DNA of 63,862 nucleotides, the filler included, from Choristocarpus tenellus KU-1152 (Eukaryota; Protista; Phaeophyceae): NCBI GenBank assembly GCA_964200185.2. It is 8 parts of 8 records of this genome, joined end to end, with 100 filler letters (N's around TTAATTAATTAA, not from the genome) between each part and the next. Parts side by side here need not be neighbours in the genome. Positions count along the whole stretch, not along the records: positions 12,482 to 17,447 come from CAXNAD020012343.1; positions 17,548 to 24,904 come from CAXNAD020006277.1; positions 25,005 to 28,672 come from CAXNAD020018615.1; positions 28,773 to 34,622 come from CAXNAD020009597.1; 4 more parts are not named here. One strand, written 5' to 3'. Of this stretch, positions 17,319-29,353 are shown one piece after another (position 1 is the stretch's first letter; each line of letters begins with the position of its first letter). The translations under genes and the position numbers were made by a program. The notes under the pieces are model-generated. The model did no database searches, was not told where the DNA came from, and saw nothing but the letters and a program-made list of their open reading frames with translations.

Positions 17319-17640
17319 TGGGAAAATACACACTAACCGACAACCCTCTTTGGGTGCTAACCAAATCCCAGTCATCCAACAAAAAAAAAACAGCCCTGGA
17401 ACAGCCAACCAAGTATATCTCTCGCACTCCACCACAACCGCCACACCNNNNNNNNNNNNNNNNNNNNNNNNNNNNNNNNNNNNNNNNNNNNTTAATTAAT
17501 TAANNNNNNNNNNNNNNNNNNNNNNNNNNNNNNNNNNNNNNNNNNNNCCTATGAGAATGAGCCATTCATTATTTACTCCTACAGCAGTACAATGCCACAG
17601 GACTGCACAAAGTAAATGGGCCCAAGACGGCAGTCCTTAC

Positions 17641-20600
17641 TTGAGTTGAAGTGTGGAACAAATAGGTCTTGGGGCACCAACAAATCAGATCTTGACCAAT
17701 TATGTCATCATATGGTGTGTATATTGTGCAATTGGCTATTGAAGTGAGAACATGGTGGCTGTCAAGGCAGTTCAGTTACTTGATGCAGGGATATTGATAA
17801 ACGGGGCTGACTTAATCATATATCAAGGGAGGTTAGGGGGTTCACTCCACTGCAAAGGCGAGGCACATGGAGGTGTGAGACATGAGACGTGCTTGCAAAG
17901 TTAAAAATAAAATTGAAAACGCTACGTAAGAAACGTTAACAGCGGAACAGGATGGATCAGTGGCAGGCTGAGATACCTAATAGCTCAGAAGGCTTTACTA
18001 TGTTGAGGAACCACACCAAACACTGTTGGCGGGGAATTCATTCTGAGAGAGAGAAGTGGCAGTACAAGTATTGCACCTGTTCAACGGTGGCCTCTGGGGC
18101 TAATTTCTCTGGCATGCCGGGAAATCTTTTGCGGAGTAAGTTCATTATCACTCGTACCCTTGCAGGACGCTCTGGGTGACCTGGATATGACCACAAGAGA
18201 GGAAGATCAGAGGAATAGAATAACAAGCACTGGATTCAGCAGAAAAAATGAGCACTAAGGAAGGACACAGGAGAGGATGCACATTTGCACAAAATTCATG
18301 AATAGAGGAGAGGGAGGAAGAGGAATAAGGGCATCCTACAGGAGACCACTCTTTTTGCATATACACTTAAAAAAAATGTAATTAACAGGTTCGAGAACAA
18401 GCACAAAGGACAAGGGCTGGACATTTATAGTTACCCATTGCAGCTGCAGTACAAAAAAAAAAATCACAAGGACAGGGACATGGTATTTTGGGTGTTTTGA
18501 TTTGTATTATATCCTAAAATTATGCATGATCTCCTCTTGACGATGTACTGTGTATGTGGGCAAGTGCATATTTGACCAACTGAAGTTAGTTTAATATATA
18601 TTGTGCCCCTTGTGCAGAAAATTAGTCATTATGATCAACACTGGGCACTTCTGCATGTTGGGCAGCATATGACAACTAATGACCCCAGAATAAACTATAA
18701 ATTGGGGTCAGTGAAACATCATAGAACTGCTCAAAAAACGATGACCCTCAACAATCATCTCAAAACACAGGGATGGTGAGGGGGGAGGAAGGAGAAATAT
18801 AAACAGCAAGGTTGAAGTATGCAAGTCAATGATGATAGTGCAACTTGGTCAATAAAATACTATTATGATGACCCACTTACACTTCAAACACAATTCTGCA
18901 TTCCAAGGTGAGAAAAATCCCCCCCAGACAGGAGAGTTCCTGTCTCAATGAGCACAATGAATGATATCTCAATTTAGAGTAAATTTGAGCTTAACCAGTT
19001 TTAGTTTGCTGATGTTGCAGTCAATGTCGCTGTACTATTGCCTCCTGCATCAAGCTGTGCAGCAAATTAGGTATTTATTGGATGCTATACACAACGGACA
19101 CTTCATCATTCTACTTGTGAGATCAACTCACGATGATCACACTAACAAGTGAGAACCATGTGGTGAACATGGAGGCAAGTTGCACAAGGATGGGGTTTTC
19201 CATCGCTCCACCTGCTATGCAGTGCAGCTCACACGCTGGATGATGTATGAGAATGGTGTGGGCGCTGCTAACCCATGTGGATTCCTTTTCTATTCCTCCA
19301 ATAGTTCCTCCACAAGTTAATCCATGGATGGGCGCTGCTGGGCCTTGAGGAAACAGTGAGTCCAGCAGGGGATGGGGATATCCCAGGATGAGGTGGAAGG
19401 AATTTGTAAGTCACTGTCCATCATGTTCAACAGTTCTCAAGGCTAGATCAATGCTAGATCAATGCTAGATCAATGCTAGATCATTTATACCACGATAAGC
19501 GGGATTCTACCAAATACCACCCTTGTTACGATTTGAGGAAATTTGACCCAGCCATCTAGATTTGGACGTGTGGGCAAGCATGGCAGAGAGTGCCGAGGTG
19601 AATAGGCACATGAGGGATCTCAGACCGTCAAAAAGTTGACAGGAGGAAGAGACAACTACAAAAGGCGACTTTCATAACTTCTCTGCAGCTTACCTGACAA
19701 AACTCCATGACAATAGGTCGGTTGGCTTTGCCTTGTGCTTTCAGAAAATAAATACAGCAATAAAAAACATCATTGAAACCAACCGCGTGACTATATTTCT
19801 TCAAGATCGTATAGTAGACTACTGTTCTGTGTCTTGGGTTAATGTCGCGAACGCTTGAGTACGGAAGAAGGCCTGTGGTGGTCGTACCCCACGCTCTGCT
19901 GCCGGTGCTGAATGCACGAATAACAGTTGCGGTCTTAGGTAAAGCTGAACTTGACGCCATGCAAAGTGTGGTCAGTGAAGCCTGGAGGCCACGACCCCAT
20001 GGACAAGACATCTTGGGATCGGACAGAATATTTGGCAGCTGTGAGGGAAGGGAGCCAAGACACAGGCAAAGCCTAAGAAGAGATATAATGAGGGAAGACA
20101 CCCAGCAGAGCACAAAACAGCGGTGCGAAGATTCGTCCTTCGGTATGAAAGGATTCTAGTGTAGAAGATAGGGGACAGCGATATATCTTGCTTGGTGCAG
20201 TGTAATCGAGTGCACTCCCAAGTACCGCTCTCAAAAGGAGCTAAAATCCGACATGAAATACGGTACAGAAAATATATTTTCCTTTGCATCAATGGATGCG
20301 ATCTTACGGCAGTACCTTGGAGGTATTCGCTAGAACCCAACGCTTCAGCCAGTTCCTTGTCACCGTCGTCACTTCCGTGGTAATCGCTCCAAGAACCCCC
20401 TGAAGACGATCGAGTATTGGGTTCTTCGGGGGTAGTGTCGATGTACTCTGCCATCGGATCTCAACCCAGCAGACCTTGCACTTCACCTCAAAAGGTTACT
20501 ATCTCTCTCCCAAAAGGGCATGATGGACAGATCAAGTTGTCGGCTCAATTCTTCGCAAAGGCGTCGGTCGGTCGATATATATCCTTGCTTGACATCAACA

Positions 20601-20783
20601 CCCCATTCTCTTTTGCACCACCAAACACACAACAGGGGGTGCCGTGATCCCGCTTTGAACAAGCAGAGGAATGGATGGGTCAATGGATAGATTAGGTGGT
20701 GAAGAGTTCACCCACCCCCTCGAGGATTCCTTGGGGAAGGGCAGGGGAAAACTCGTTCGAGGCGACATCGACCTGGAAGCCAT
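17641..20783 (-). CDS. Histone deacetylase (class II/AcuC-like HDAC domain) with long N-terminal extension, 5' part
   Basis: Phase-compatible exons 20486-20316, 20038-19784, 19737-19694, 19555-19521, 19343-19212, 18180-18077 and 17667-17641 give ...HTILIHHPACELHCIA|GHPERPARVRVIMNLLRKRFPGMPEKLAPEATVEQ|TYLFHTSTQ. This is the HDAC N-terminal HPE.P.R...AT.EQ...FHT signature. The first exon and start (ATG 20783) are tentative, and the catalytic core lies beyond the spacer. Confidence 0.75.
19442..19483. repeat. Intronic minisatellite, 11-bp unit GCTAGATCAAT x ~3.8
   Basis: Directly visible. Confidence 0.9.
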
Positions 20784-21228
20784 GCAGGATGCTTTCTTAA
20801 GAGGATCTCAGAAGCCAGCTGCACGAGTAATGCGATCTTCGGTAAGACTGAAACGAAACGTTTGATGAGTACCCTCTATATGGGCCCATTCGTAGCTGGA
20901 CACTTGATGGGCCCTCTGTTGCTCCCGTGACGCTGACACGTCGAGATATAGCACCACGATTACCACTGTTCAGTCATGCCAGTTGTTCTTGCAGTCATTG
21001 CATAGCACAGTCACATGATCATGGCTAACTTTAGTATCACTATCGTTTGAGTGCAGTACGGGGTAGAAAATATTTTACACCCCTATTACAAGAATATGGT
21101 AGCTCCCCAAGGAAACTGCAACTACGCAACTACCCTAGCACCACTACTTCTATTTCTGTGTAGTTGCAACTTTTATACTGAACTTGTTCAGCTTCCATCA
21201 CTTACGATTCGCTTCAGTGGTCATGCAG

Positions 21229-24200
21229 GGTGAAACCATCCACAGTGGAGATTTCTTCCTCCAGCGCTCGTTCTAGTCCTTTCTCTGTCCATCTTCCTAA
21301 TGGACACCCCAGCATATCCTGTGCTGTTGTAGAAGCCCCAGAGGGTACGGTTGGGCAACTTCCTCATCCACCTGAGATCCCTGACTTTCCATCCGGTATA
21401 GTGGGCGGAATCGTGGAGCGTCAGCCTGTAGGTCCGCAACCCATGAAGGTTCTGATGCCCAAGGGGTTGAAAGGGACCTCAGTGCGGAATAGGGGTCAGC
21501 ATGTTTCAGAGGGTTGGTCGGGACCAGCTGCGAGTGCGGGAAAGATGAGACTCGACGCGCCCAGTGTACTATCTGATGTCACAGAACGTGAACTTCCTTC
21601 GTCGATTTCTGGATCCTTCCCACCTACTGATGGCTTAACCAGTGTAGGGCAAGGGCATCTTCAGACAAGGGTTGCCCGTGGGGGGTTTCCCGAAGTGGTT
21701 CACCGTTCAAAGCTGAAGCTCATGAGACTTGGCAAGAAGAAAGATGTAAATGTGGGGTAAGCTATGTATGTAGCCATGTGAAAGTAACATTGGATTTTTC
21801 TGCTTTGATTCTATTTGAATCTTTTATGACTGAAGAGATATTAAATATTATACGTTGTCCCACTCCCTCTTCCTCAACTCAACCCAAAATTGAAATAATC
21901 CTTGGTGTTGGATGACTGAGTAGCAACTAGTAGCTTGGCCCTCCTCCTCCTCCCCCTTTTGGTCTCTCGTGAGAAACAAAGGCGATTTATTGTGCAAAGC
22001 TGCTGCATGAAGAGGAATGACTCTGAGGATGAGGCATCGGGAACAAGTTTTGCTAATCGTTGTGCGCTGAGCATTGGGAACCCGCCTTGAATGTTGCACC
22101 TTCTTGTACTTGTAGACAAGATGCTCTTACATCTGAGGTGTCACATCTCACAGATATTGGTTGGGTGTGTATGTCATATCGTCAAGAATGAAATATAAGA
22201 GGGACAAAAGATTGAAGATCCTTCCCCTTATGTGCTGGTAATCAGTTTATTCCTGAACCAGCTCATTTTCAAATATCTATCCTATTTCCTCGTCCAATGC
22301 CCGCCTTATATCTCCGTTCATTGCTCTTTTTCTACAGTCAATCTGTGGACCACCGAGGCCTCTTTCCACTAGCCAGTGATGGGATTGATTCCATCTCCAA
22401 ATCTTGTGATTCTTCTTTCAAGGATATGGATTGTGTCCATGCTGAGAATACTGCCCGAGTTTTGGCCATGTCTCTCCCCCAGGTGGAGGAAGCCCAACAG
22501 GAAATCAGGAGTATGCTCTCACCAGCTGCCATAGCAGCACTCCAAAACCGGGGAAAAGTAAAGGCAATGGCAGGAATGAGGCATAGGGATGCCCACATGT
22601 TGGGCAACGATGATGGCAGTGGAGACTTTAGGAAGGACACTGCTATGGATATTTCTGCCATGGATAAGGCCCAGTTCCCTACCATGCCAGCAAGGGTGGT
22701 GGAGAGAACGGGGGGTGGGGCCAGCAAAGAAGGAAATGAGTGGGGGGCTGGTGGTGAGGACCAAGGAGATGCACCTACCATATCACAGACTGTGGCAACA
22801 GCGGTGGGGGGCATTGGGGACAAGACAACCCTTGAAGCAGCGCTGCAGACACTGCCAGGTGGTGAGCAGGCAAAGCTAGCGTGGACGGGGCGAGGAGATG
22901 TAAGGGTAGAGACGGGGAGGGGGACTGCAACAGAGCTGAAATCGAAACTGGGGACTGAGGAGGAAGTAGGCACCCCTACAGAACCCGAAGGTCCCCGGGT
23001 GGATCTACGGGGAGAGGTGGTACCTGAGGGAGCTGAAGTTTCTTCCTACGAAGCTTTGTACCACCATGGGGAGGCTCCAGATCGCGCAGGGTATACACTT
23101 ACGGAACTGGTGCAACTTGCCAGGTACTTCTACTTTGTTGACCAAGTAGACTAGGCTAATGTGGATACTCTAAAGACGCTGAATTCCCTTCACCATGCAC
23201 CCTATTAAGAACCCCTCTCCTTAATATCCATTTCCAGTATGAAAGAAAGCACGATTAGTTGTGTGGTGGCATATTGATGTATTGATGTATTGATGCCATC
23301 ACTCTGCGGTATTGAGACATCCCCATATGTTCGCTGTTCTGACACCTTGCACACAAGGAGCACTGTGGTGGGTCAGCGACAGGTGGCACTGAGGGCCCTG
23401 GCAGGCGTTATTCGGAAGCGTGCCAAGTGCATTAGTTGCAACAATAAGGTTGACCATGCTCACCTCCCGGAGATGCTGCCCCTTGCCATAAGGTATGGCA
23501 ACGCCACCCTTGTTTTCCCCCCCAGTATCATCGTGGGCAGTGTCGTTTTCCTGGAATGCCAGATCATGTCTGATACTTCGAACATGCTCTTGTTTTTTGT
23601 CCTTTTAAGGATTGGAGGGGTCTGTGATGAAAATAATTGGTTCCGTGAAGCAAGAGGTATTAGTGTTGTGTGGGGAGTGTGTTGGCAGATGTTGGCCCCA
23701 CTACTATATACAGTTACTGGCAAAGTACGCAGGTGGCATAGCGGACTCCTGTTAAATGCTCTTTGGCGTGAGATATTGTATAATATCACTCTGTGCAGCT
23801 CTTGTCAGTTGAAAAGTGAATTGTCAAGATTGCCTGAGGAAGTCTGGGATAAGACCCAGTGGCACCATAGCTAGCATACTTGTCTATTATTAATGGGGGT
23901 GTGGTCAATGATTACATAGTAGATGATACTATTTCTGTACTAGTAAACGCCTATGTTGCCTTTTTTGATGAGATATGCTTGTAAAAGACATGGAAAAGGA
24001 AGGACTGGCCCATTGTTGGTTGCCATGTACCATATGCCCCCCCCTTTCCTATCCCCCTGAGTTGCCTGTATTGCCCCACTTGAAAGCTTAACAGGATACA
24101 TACAATAGGAATCCACTTGTAGGTATATCAGTGCCCATCTCTCCCCCCCCCAACCCTGTTTCCTTGTCCTTGTGGTGACAAAAGAATGTCTCTAGATGAG

Positions 24201-24297
24201 GCATCCGCAAGCATTGTGGTTTGTGCCTTGGATGCTCTGGAAGCATGGATTATTCCCTTGGCACAGCAGGTCGAAGAAGAGACTTTTGGGAGGCAAG
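21229..24297 (+). CDS. RPAP1: RNA polymerase II-associated protein 1 (RPAP1/Rba50/IYO-like), 5' part (exons 21229-21756, 22338-23123, 23358-23492, 24185-~24297)
   Basis: Shows IVGGIVER and GGFPEVVHRS; RPAP1_N-like VHAENTARVLAMSLPQVEEAQQEIRSMLSPAAIAALQNR; RPAP1_C-like LYHHGEAPDRAGYTLTELVQLAR|STVVGQRQVALRAL; then IR|MSLDE. Exon phases are consistent. The initiating exon was not identified. Confidence 0.85.
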
Positions 24298-25210
24298 GTC
24301 TTTGCTGGGTAGATCATCAGGCAAGCAGCACATAAGATAATGGACTTTGAGTGTAGCATGAGAGGAGTGCTCTCTTTCTCTCCTTCAATTACAGGAGGGG
24401 TCTCATTTTGTTTTGTCAGTGAAGGATTGCTACCAATTGTTATTGGCATGTCATCTCAGTGTACACATTGTGACTGGTTTGTTTTGAAGAGATGGGGGGA
24501 TTTGTGGAGCTTTGAGACCTCTATTGTTAGAGAGCACAATTGACATGGCACTGGTTCCTTGGGATCAATGTGGTTAACAGGGGAGTGTTTCTGATGTACC
24601 TCTGAGAGAAATGAGCTTGGTTTAAGAGTGCATGATGTGGATATTGCTGTAAATCAATTGTGTTATCTTCAATGCGTTGTGTTGCATGTTGATGTTTGAG
24701 GCAGACTAACAAGGGTGAAGTGTACTTGATATGAACCAACAGAATCAGAGCCAGCAATAGCTTCAAAAAGTATGAGCTGAAAATTGGCACAGATTGTGTG
24801 ATTAGACTTTTGTATACCCCCCCCTTGCCACCATTGATACCCCCTTTTCTTCTCTGTCATTGCAACCCCAAAGATTTACATCCTCTCCACCCCAGAGGCA
24901 CACANNNNNNNNNNNNNNNNNNNNNNNNNNNNNNNNNNNNNNNNNNNNTTAATTAATTAANNNNNNNNNNNNNNNNNNNNNNNNNNNNNNNNNNNNNNNN
25001 NNNNATCGAACGAATATAACCAAATTATCCAAAAATTGCGACAAGAAAAAATTGACCCCAAATGGACAGCCGCCACCCCCTCCCAGATACTTTGAGCCAA
25101 TGTTCTAAAGTACAGTCCTGCTCATACACATCTCCCCTTTTATGGTTTTACTTGTCCTGTCTGCCGTCTTTGGCGCACACACATGCCAAACACCAAGCTT
25201 TCCATCAAAG

Positions 25211-26356
25211 CTGTGAGCCGAATCTGGGTGGGCGTTGACTGTAATGATCATGGTTTTGGGGATATGGCTCTCGTGCTGCACAGTAGGGGACCTTGGAAGG
25301 TGGCTATCATCCTCATTCGGAAATATCCTAACCCTTTCCCCATCAGCCATGTTCTAGATACGCTTGCTATACTGAAAAAAGTAGGTGAGTCAAAGTATCT
25401 TAGAGGGTAGAGCCGCGTCCATTTGGGACCCAAAGTCAAATGTTATGATTTTGATGCAATTTTTGCTATCGTGTTTGTTAGGATGTGTCAGTATCCTTGT
25501 TCCGGACACACCATTTCATAACATATACATTTTACCTACTCCGAAACATTTCAGAGTAGGTAAAATGTCTTTAAGAACCCGTGGGAAGTCAAGCCTCAAA
25601 CGGACAGACCAAATTCATACCCTCCAAGATACTTTCACTTAAGTGATTCATAGTAAATTAGTGTGGACAATTACAAACCCCATACTATAGGAATAGTAAC
25701 GGTTGCCATCAGTTGTGAGCCCCATGAGTTTAGTCAGTGGAATTGAGACCACAAGCTCCTTGTAACACTAACATTATATATTCACACCAAGCTACTTATG
25801 GTCCTCTCTCAAGGCACATAATTGATCATCTTAACTGTGGGTCTAATGTGAAATATTTCAACACCTGAGGCACTGTGGATGACTGATTATCGGAGTTGAT
25901 ACAATGTATTGCAGCCATCTTGGTCGGTGTGAGCTCTGGAGGCTGCCCACTATGTGCCGCCATCCCTAGGTCAAGCTTGTGGCCACGGACAAGCTGATCG
26001 TCGAAGTCCTCCCAGGGCCCTTGCATGCAGCGCTTGAACACTCCAAACTCCACTGCGAGGGCTGGCCCAACGTGTCGTGGCAGTTTATGCTCACCATGGA
26101 CCATCGCGAGGGCGTGCCGTACTGCAAGCACAACCCTGATATCCAGGGATACTTGAGTACCCTTCCTGCGTGGGGGGGTCGACGGGGGGGTTGCCATACC
26201 GACGTACTGATCCTCGATGTGCCCAGTTCTGACCTCAAAACCGTCCCAAAAGACCCCTACTTTGACGGCTTGAAGCACCTAGAGTTTCTACCTGATGGTC
26301 CTCGACCCCCACCTTTTCTGAAAGCTGAGATGGTCAACCCGATTTCATATTTATGA
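25211..26356 (+). CDS. Last two exons of an unidentified protein (25211-25380, 25970-26356)
   Basis: In-phase GT-AG join ...HVLDTLAILKK|VKLVATDKLIVEVLPG...CHTDVLILDVP...NPISYL*. No family recognised. The intron carries a MITE. Confidence 0.55.
25387..25640. mobile_element. MITE family A (intronic, 6 nt after a splice donor)
   Basis: GAGTCAAAGTATCTTAGAGGGTA...TACCCTCCAAGATACTTTCACTT. Confidence 0.9.
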
Positions 26357-26399
26357 GTTATCGTCCGATTCAGTACTGTTCTTGCTTGGCGAGACCAGA

Positions 26400-28210
26400 T
26401 GTTTCACACAGAGTTAGTATAATGTTTCCTCCAAATCAGCCTGTGCGAAAGCCTTCTTCCCATCACTGTGGATCAACACATAATTCAACTTCACTGCTAG
26501 TGCAGGAAACATGCGAAGAGAAGCATGGATAGGTATTGGTGAAAAGGACTCGAAGTAATCCTCTCCCTTCCTCTGTCTAAATTCCTGGACAACCAACCTG
26601 GCCATGTAACGTTCCGCTTCTCCATTAGCTTCCAACTTCCGGGTAAACACAATCTTAGTCCCAAGTACCTTGTGGCCATCAGTGGGCGAGGTACTTGAAT
26701 CCACACCCCACTTCTGTCCAAATCATCCACTTCCATAGAACTTCCATCGTTGCTTACCGATGAGAATCCTCCAAGCTGAACTGGTGTAGGAGTGAATATA
26801 TCTTAGAGGGTACGAGTTTTGCCCTATTTGTCCGTTTGGGGCTTGACTTCTAACCTTTTTTTTGTGGCATTTTCCTACTCCAAAATGTCTCAGAGTAGGT
26901 AAAGTGTACATGCTATGAAAAGGTGTGTTCGAAACAAGTATATTGACACTTCCTAACATACAAGATAGCAAAAATCACATCAAAGTCGGAATATTGGATT
27001 TTTCCCCCCAAATGGACGTGGCTCTACCCTCTAAGACACTTTGACTCTACCATTAGCTTCATGTTCCCATCACCAGCTTCAACAGTTTTGGTTGCATCCC
27101 CTTTCCCCTTCCCGTTTCCATTCTTCCTTTCCCTTCGAGGATTTGGCGCAGAATTAGTTGATCCTTCACCCGATCCATGGCCAGTCTCTCCAACAGCTCC
27201 AGCGCATTTAGGACAACAGTAAGCCTTGTGTCCTTTCACTCCACAGACATAACATCGGCCTGTATATGTTCCAGAACGCGAGGGAACCGCAGTGGGGTAA
27301 GATGATTGAAAACGTGGCTGTCCACACAGCCAGCACTCCACACGTCCAGAGAATGCCGCCCCTTTTGAAAACCAGTATCTCAACCTCTCGAATGGGTTCC
27401 TCCCACCATAAATGCACCTCCATTACTCGCCATCCGTCGTTCTAGTTGGCCTTAATAAAGTTGACAAGTTTCACAGGCTCTACTTTGAAGGTCGAGTCTG
27501 CCTTCACATCCTCTCCCTGTGACCTTGTTGAATTTCAATAAAACATTCTTTAATCAAGCAATTATTTCTTGCACTAATTTACTCCTCATAACTCAGTTTA
27601 TCTTGAATTGATCAGATCTTTCTGACAATGCTGTCCATTTCCATGATGACTGTGGACGGACCTTCCCCCACAAGTAGGTGTAGTGAATTTAACTTTGAAC
27701 TCATGGTAGCTCTCTCTGTAATTCTGCTTCTGGTGAAATGTCTCCGTAAACCTTGAAAAGCCTCAGATGGACTGTCGTGGTTGTCCGCTACTTATTTTCG
27801 TGAACCCATCACCAGACCTGCCATGGGCATACTTGCTTTCTCGATTTCACGTTCAGACCATCTTGAATCATCGAAGCAATCACAACTCACCCTGATGTGA
27901 TCATACGACAGTAGTGTATCCTTCCAACCATCTATAGCAGCACACGAAAGAAAGCTTCTCTCAAACGTAGCATAACCTTCACCATCATCGTCGCCACTAA
28001 AAAACCTTGAACTTGAATGACAGTGGTATTAATCGTCGTATTGCCTTCCCAGCTGGTCCCATCTGTTGCGTGGTTCTCCTAATCACCTCTTCATCTTCAT
28101 CCTCAGATTCAACCACCCCTCCACCGTCTTCAACTGATGTTGTAGGTACCGTGTCTCCATACTCCACTCTTCTTCAAGCACGTCTTATATAACCAATGGT
28201 CGTCTCCATT
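26400..28210 (-). mobile_element. Degenerate, internally deleted Ty1/copia LTR-retrotransposon (gag, zinc knuckle, start of RT)
   Basis: RVT_2-type KVLGTKIVFTRKLEANGEAERYMARLVVQEFRQRKGEDYFESFSP...KKAFAQADLEETLY at 26414-26704; CCHC knuckle CYVCGVKGHKAYCC at ~27200-27260; gag-like frame with stops and frameshifts at 27540-28170. Protease and integrase are absent, and no LTR pair is visible. Confidence 0.9.
26790..27047. mobile_element. MITE family A inside the copia remnant
   Basis: GAGTGAATATATCTTAGAGGGTA...TACCCTCTAAGACACTTTGACTC. Confidence 0.9.
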
Positions 28211-28326
28211 AGGACCAGCCCTCAAATTAATTTAACGCTAACCTTGAAAATTTAGCACACTTCAATAATTAATGCTAGCTAGCATGTTAAAGAAATTAAT
28301 GTTCCCAAGACTTGGGTATGTAAATA

Positions 28327-28501
28327 AGGCTCAAAGTATCTGGGGGGGGGGGTGGCTGTCCATTTACAGCCCCATTTTCCCGTGTCGCGATTTTTGGGTG
28401 ATTTGAATTGCATACGTTAGTTGGATAATGTAAGTGCACTTTTCCTGGTCAGGGTTCAAAAGGACACCCTCGTGTTGACCCCCTCAAGATACTTTCAACC
28501 A
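28327..28501. mobile_element. MITE family B, complete copy, flanked by TA/TA
   Basis: TA|AGGCTCAAAGTATCTGGGGG...CCCCCTCAAGATACTTTCAACCA|TA. Confidence 0.85.
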
Positions 28502-29353
28502 TAACTCGATTAATTCCTTGTTGTGTAGAACAGGCTGTAGATGAAATAAGGAACTAGGAAGGAGGAGTGAACTTCCAAGCTCAAAGGGGGGGGGGGTCCT
28601 TGTTAAAGTATCCCCAAAATCATCAAAGAGGGTAAAGGTGATAAACCCGGCGAGGTTGCTTGGTGTCTGTAGNNNNNNNNNNNNNNNNNNNNNNNNNNNN
28701 NNNNNNNNNNNNNNNNTTAATTAATTAANNNNNNNNNNNNNNNNNNNNNNNNNNNNNNNNNNNNNNNNNNNNCTGTTTATAATTTAGTTCTCCTTGCTTT
28801 TTGTACGATTACGGGTGGTCTTATACTTTTGGCGCGCACTGTAATATATATATATATATATATATATTATTATATTATTATTCCCTCTGTCATTTTGTAG
28901 ATGTGTCAAAGAGGAAACCAATGAGAATTATTCACATGTCAGTATATGAAGGTCCATTTATATCAACATACCAACAGGTTTGAAGTGGAATGTATTTTTA
29001 TTTTTATGCCCTCTGACATTTTGGAGATGTGTCAGGGGGGAATGTATCCTTGTAAAGTAAACCATTTTGTTTTTGACGAGTTAACCATGCAAGAGTTTTA
29101 TATTTTGTTATTGTCTTTTTCCATCACACATTTGGAAAATGTTAGAGGTCATAATAATATTAATATGGTATAGTAGAACAATAATTGTAAGGAGTAATTA
29201 CTATATACTAAGAGTAGTACTATATTTCTCTCCACAAATCAAAATAATGAAAATGTCGAGGACAAAAACATACAAATATATACTGTATTGAAGAAAACCA
29301 AACCCAAATACACACAACAGGGGTGTTGGGGTCAAAACTCTCAGGTCTTCATC

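Noticed and set aside
19507-20011. Apparent stand-alone 106-aa three-exon mitochondrial-like protein
   Set aside because: A donor at 19520 continues in phase into the HDAC-domain exons, which explains these exons better.
20316-21000. Minus-strand frames interrupted only by TGA codons (possible multi-Sec selenoprotein or recoding), including ORF MAEYIDTT...
   Set aside because: Stop density is about that of random sequence, there is no redox motif or evident SECIS, a different frame of the same exon splices in phase into the HDAC gene, and TTLL1 ends in a normal TGA.
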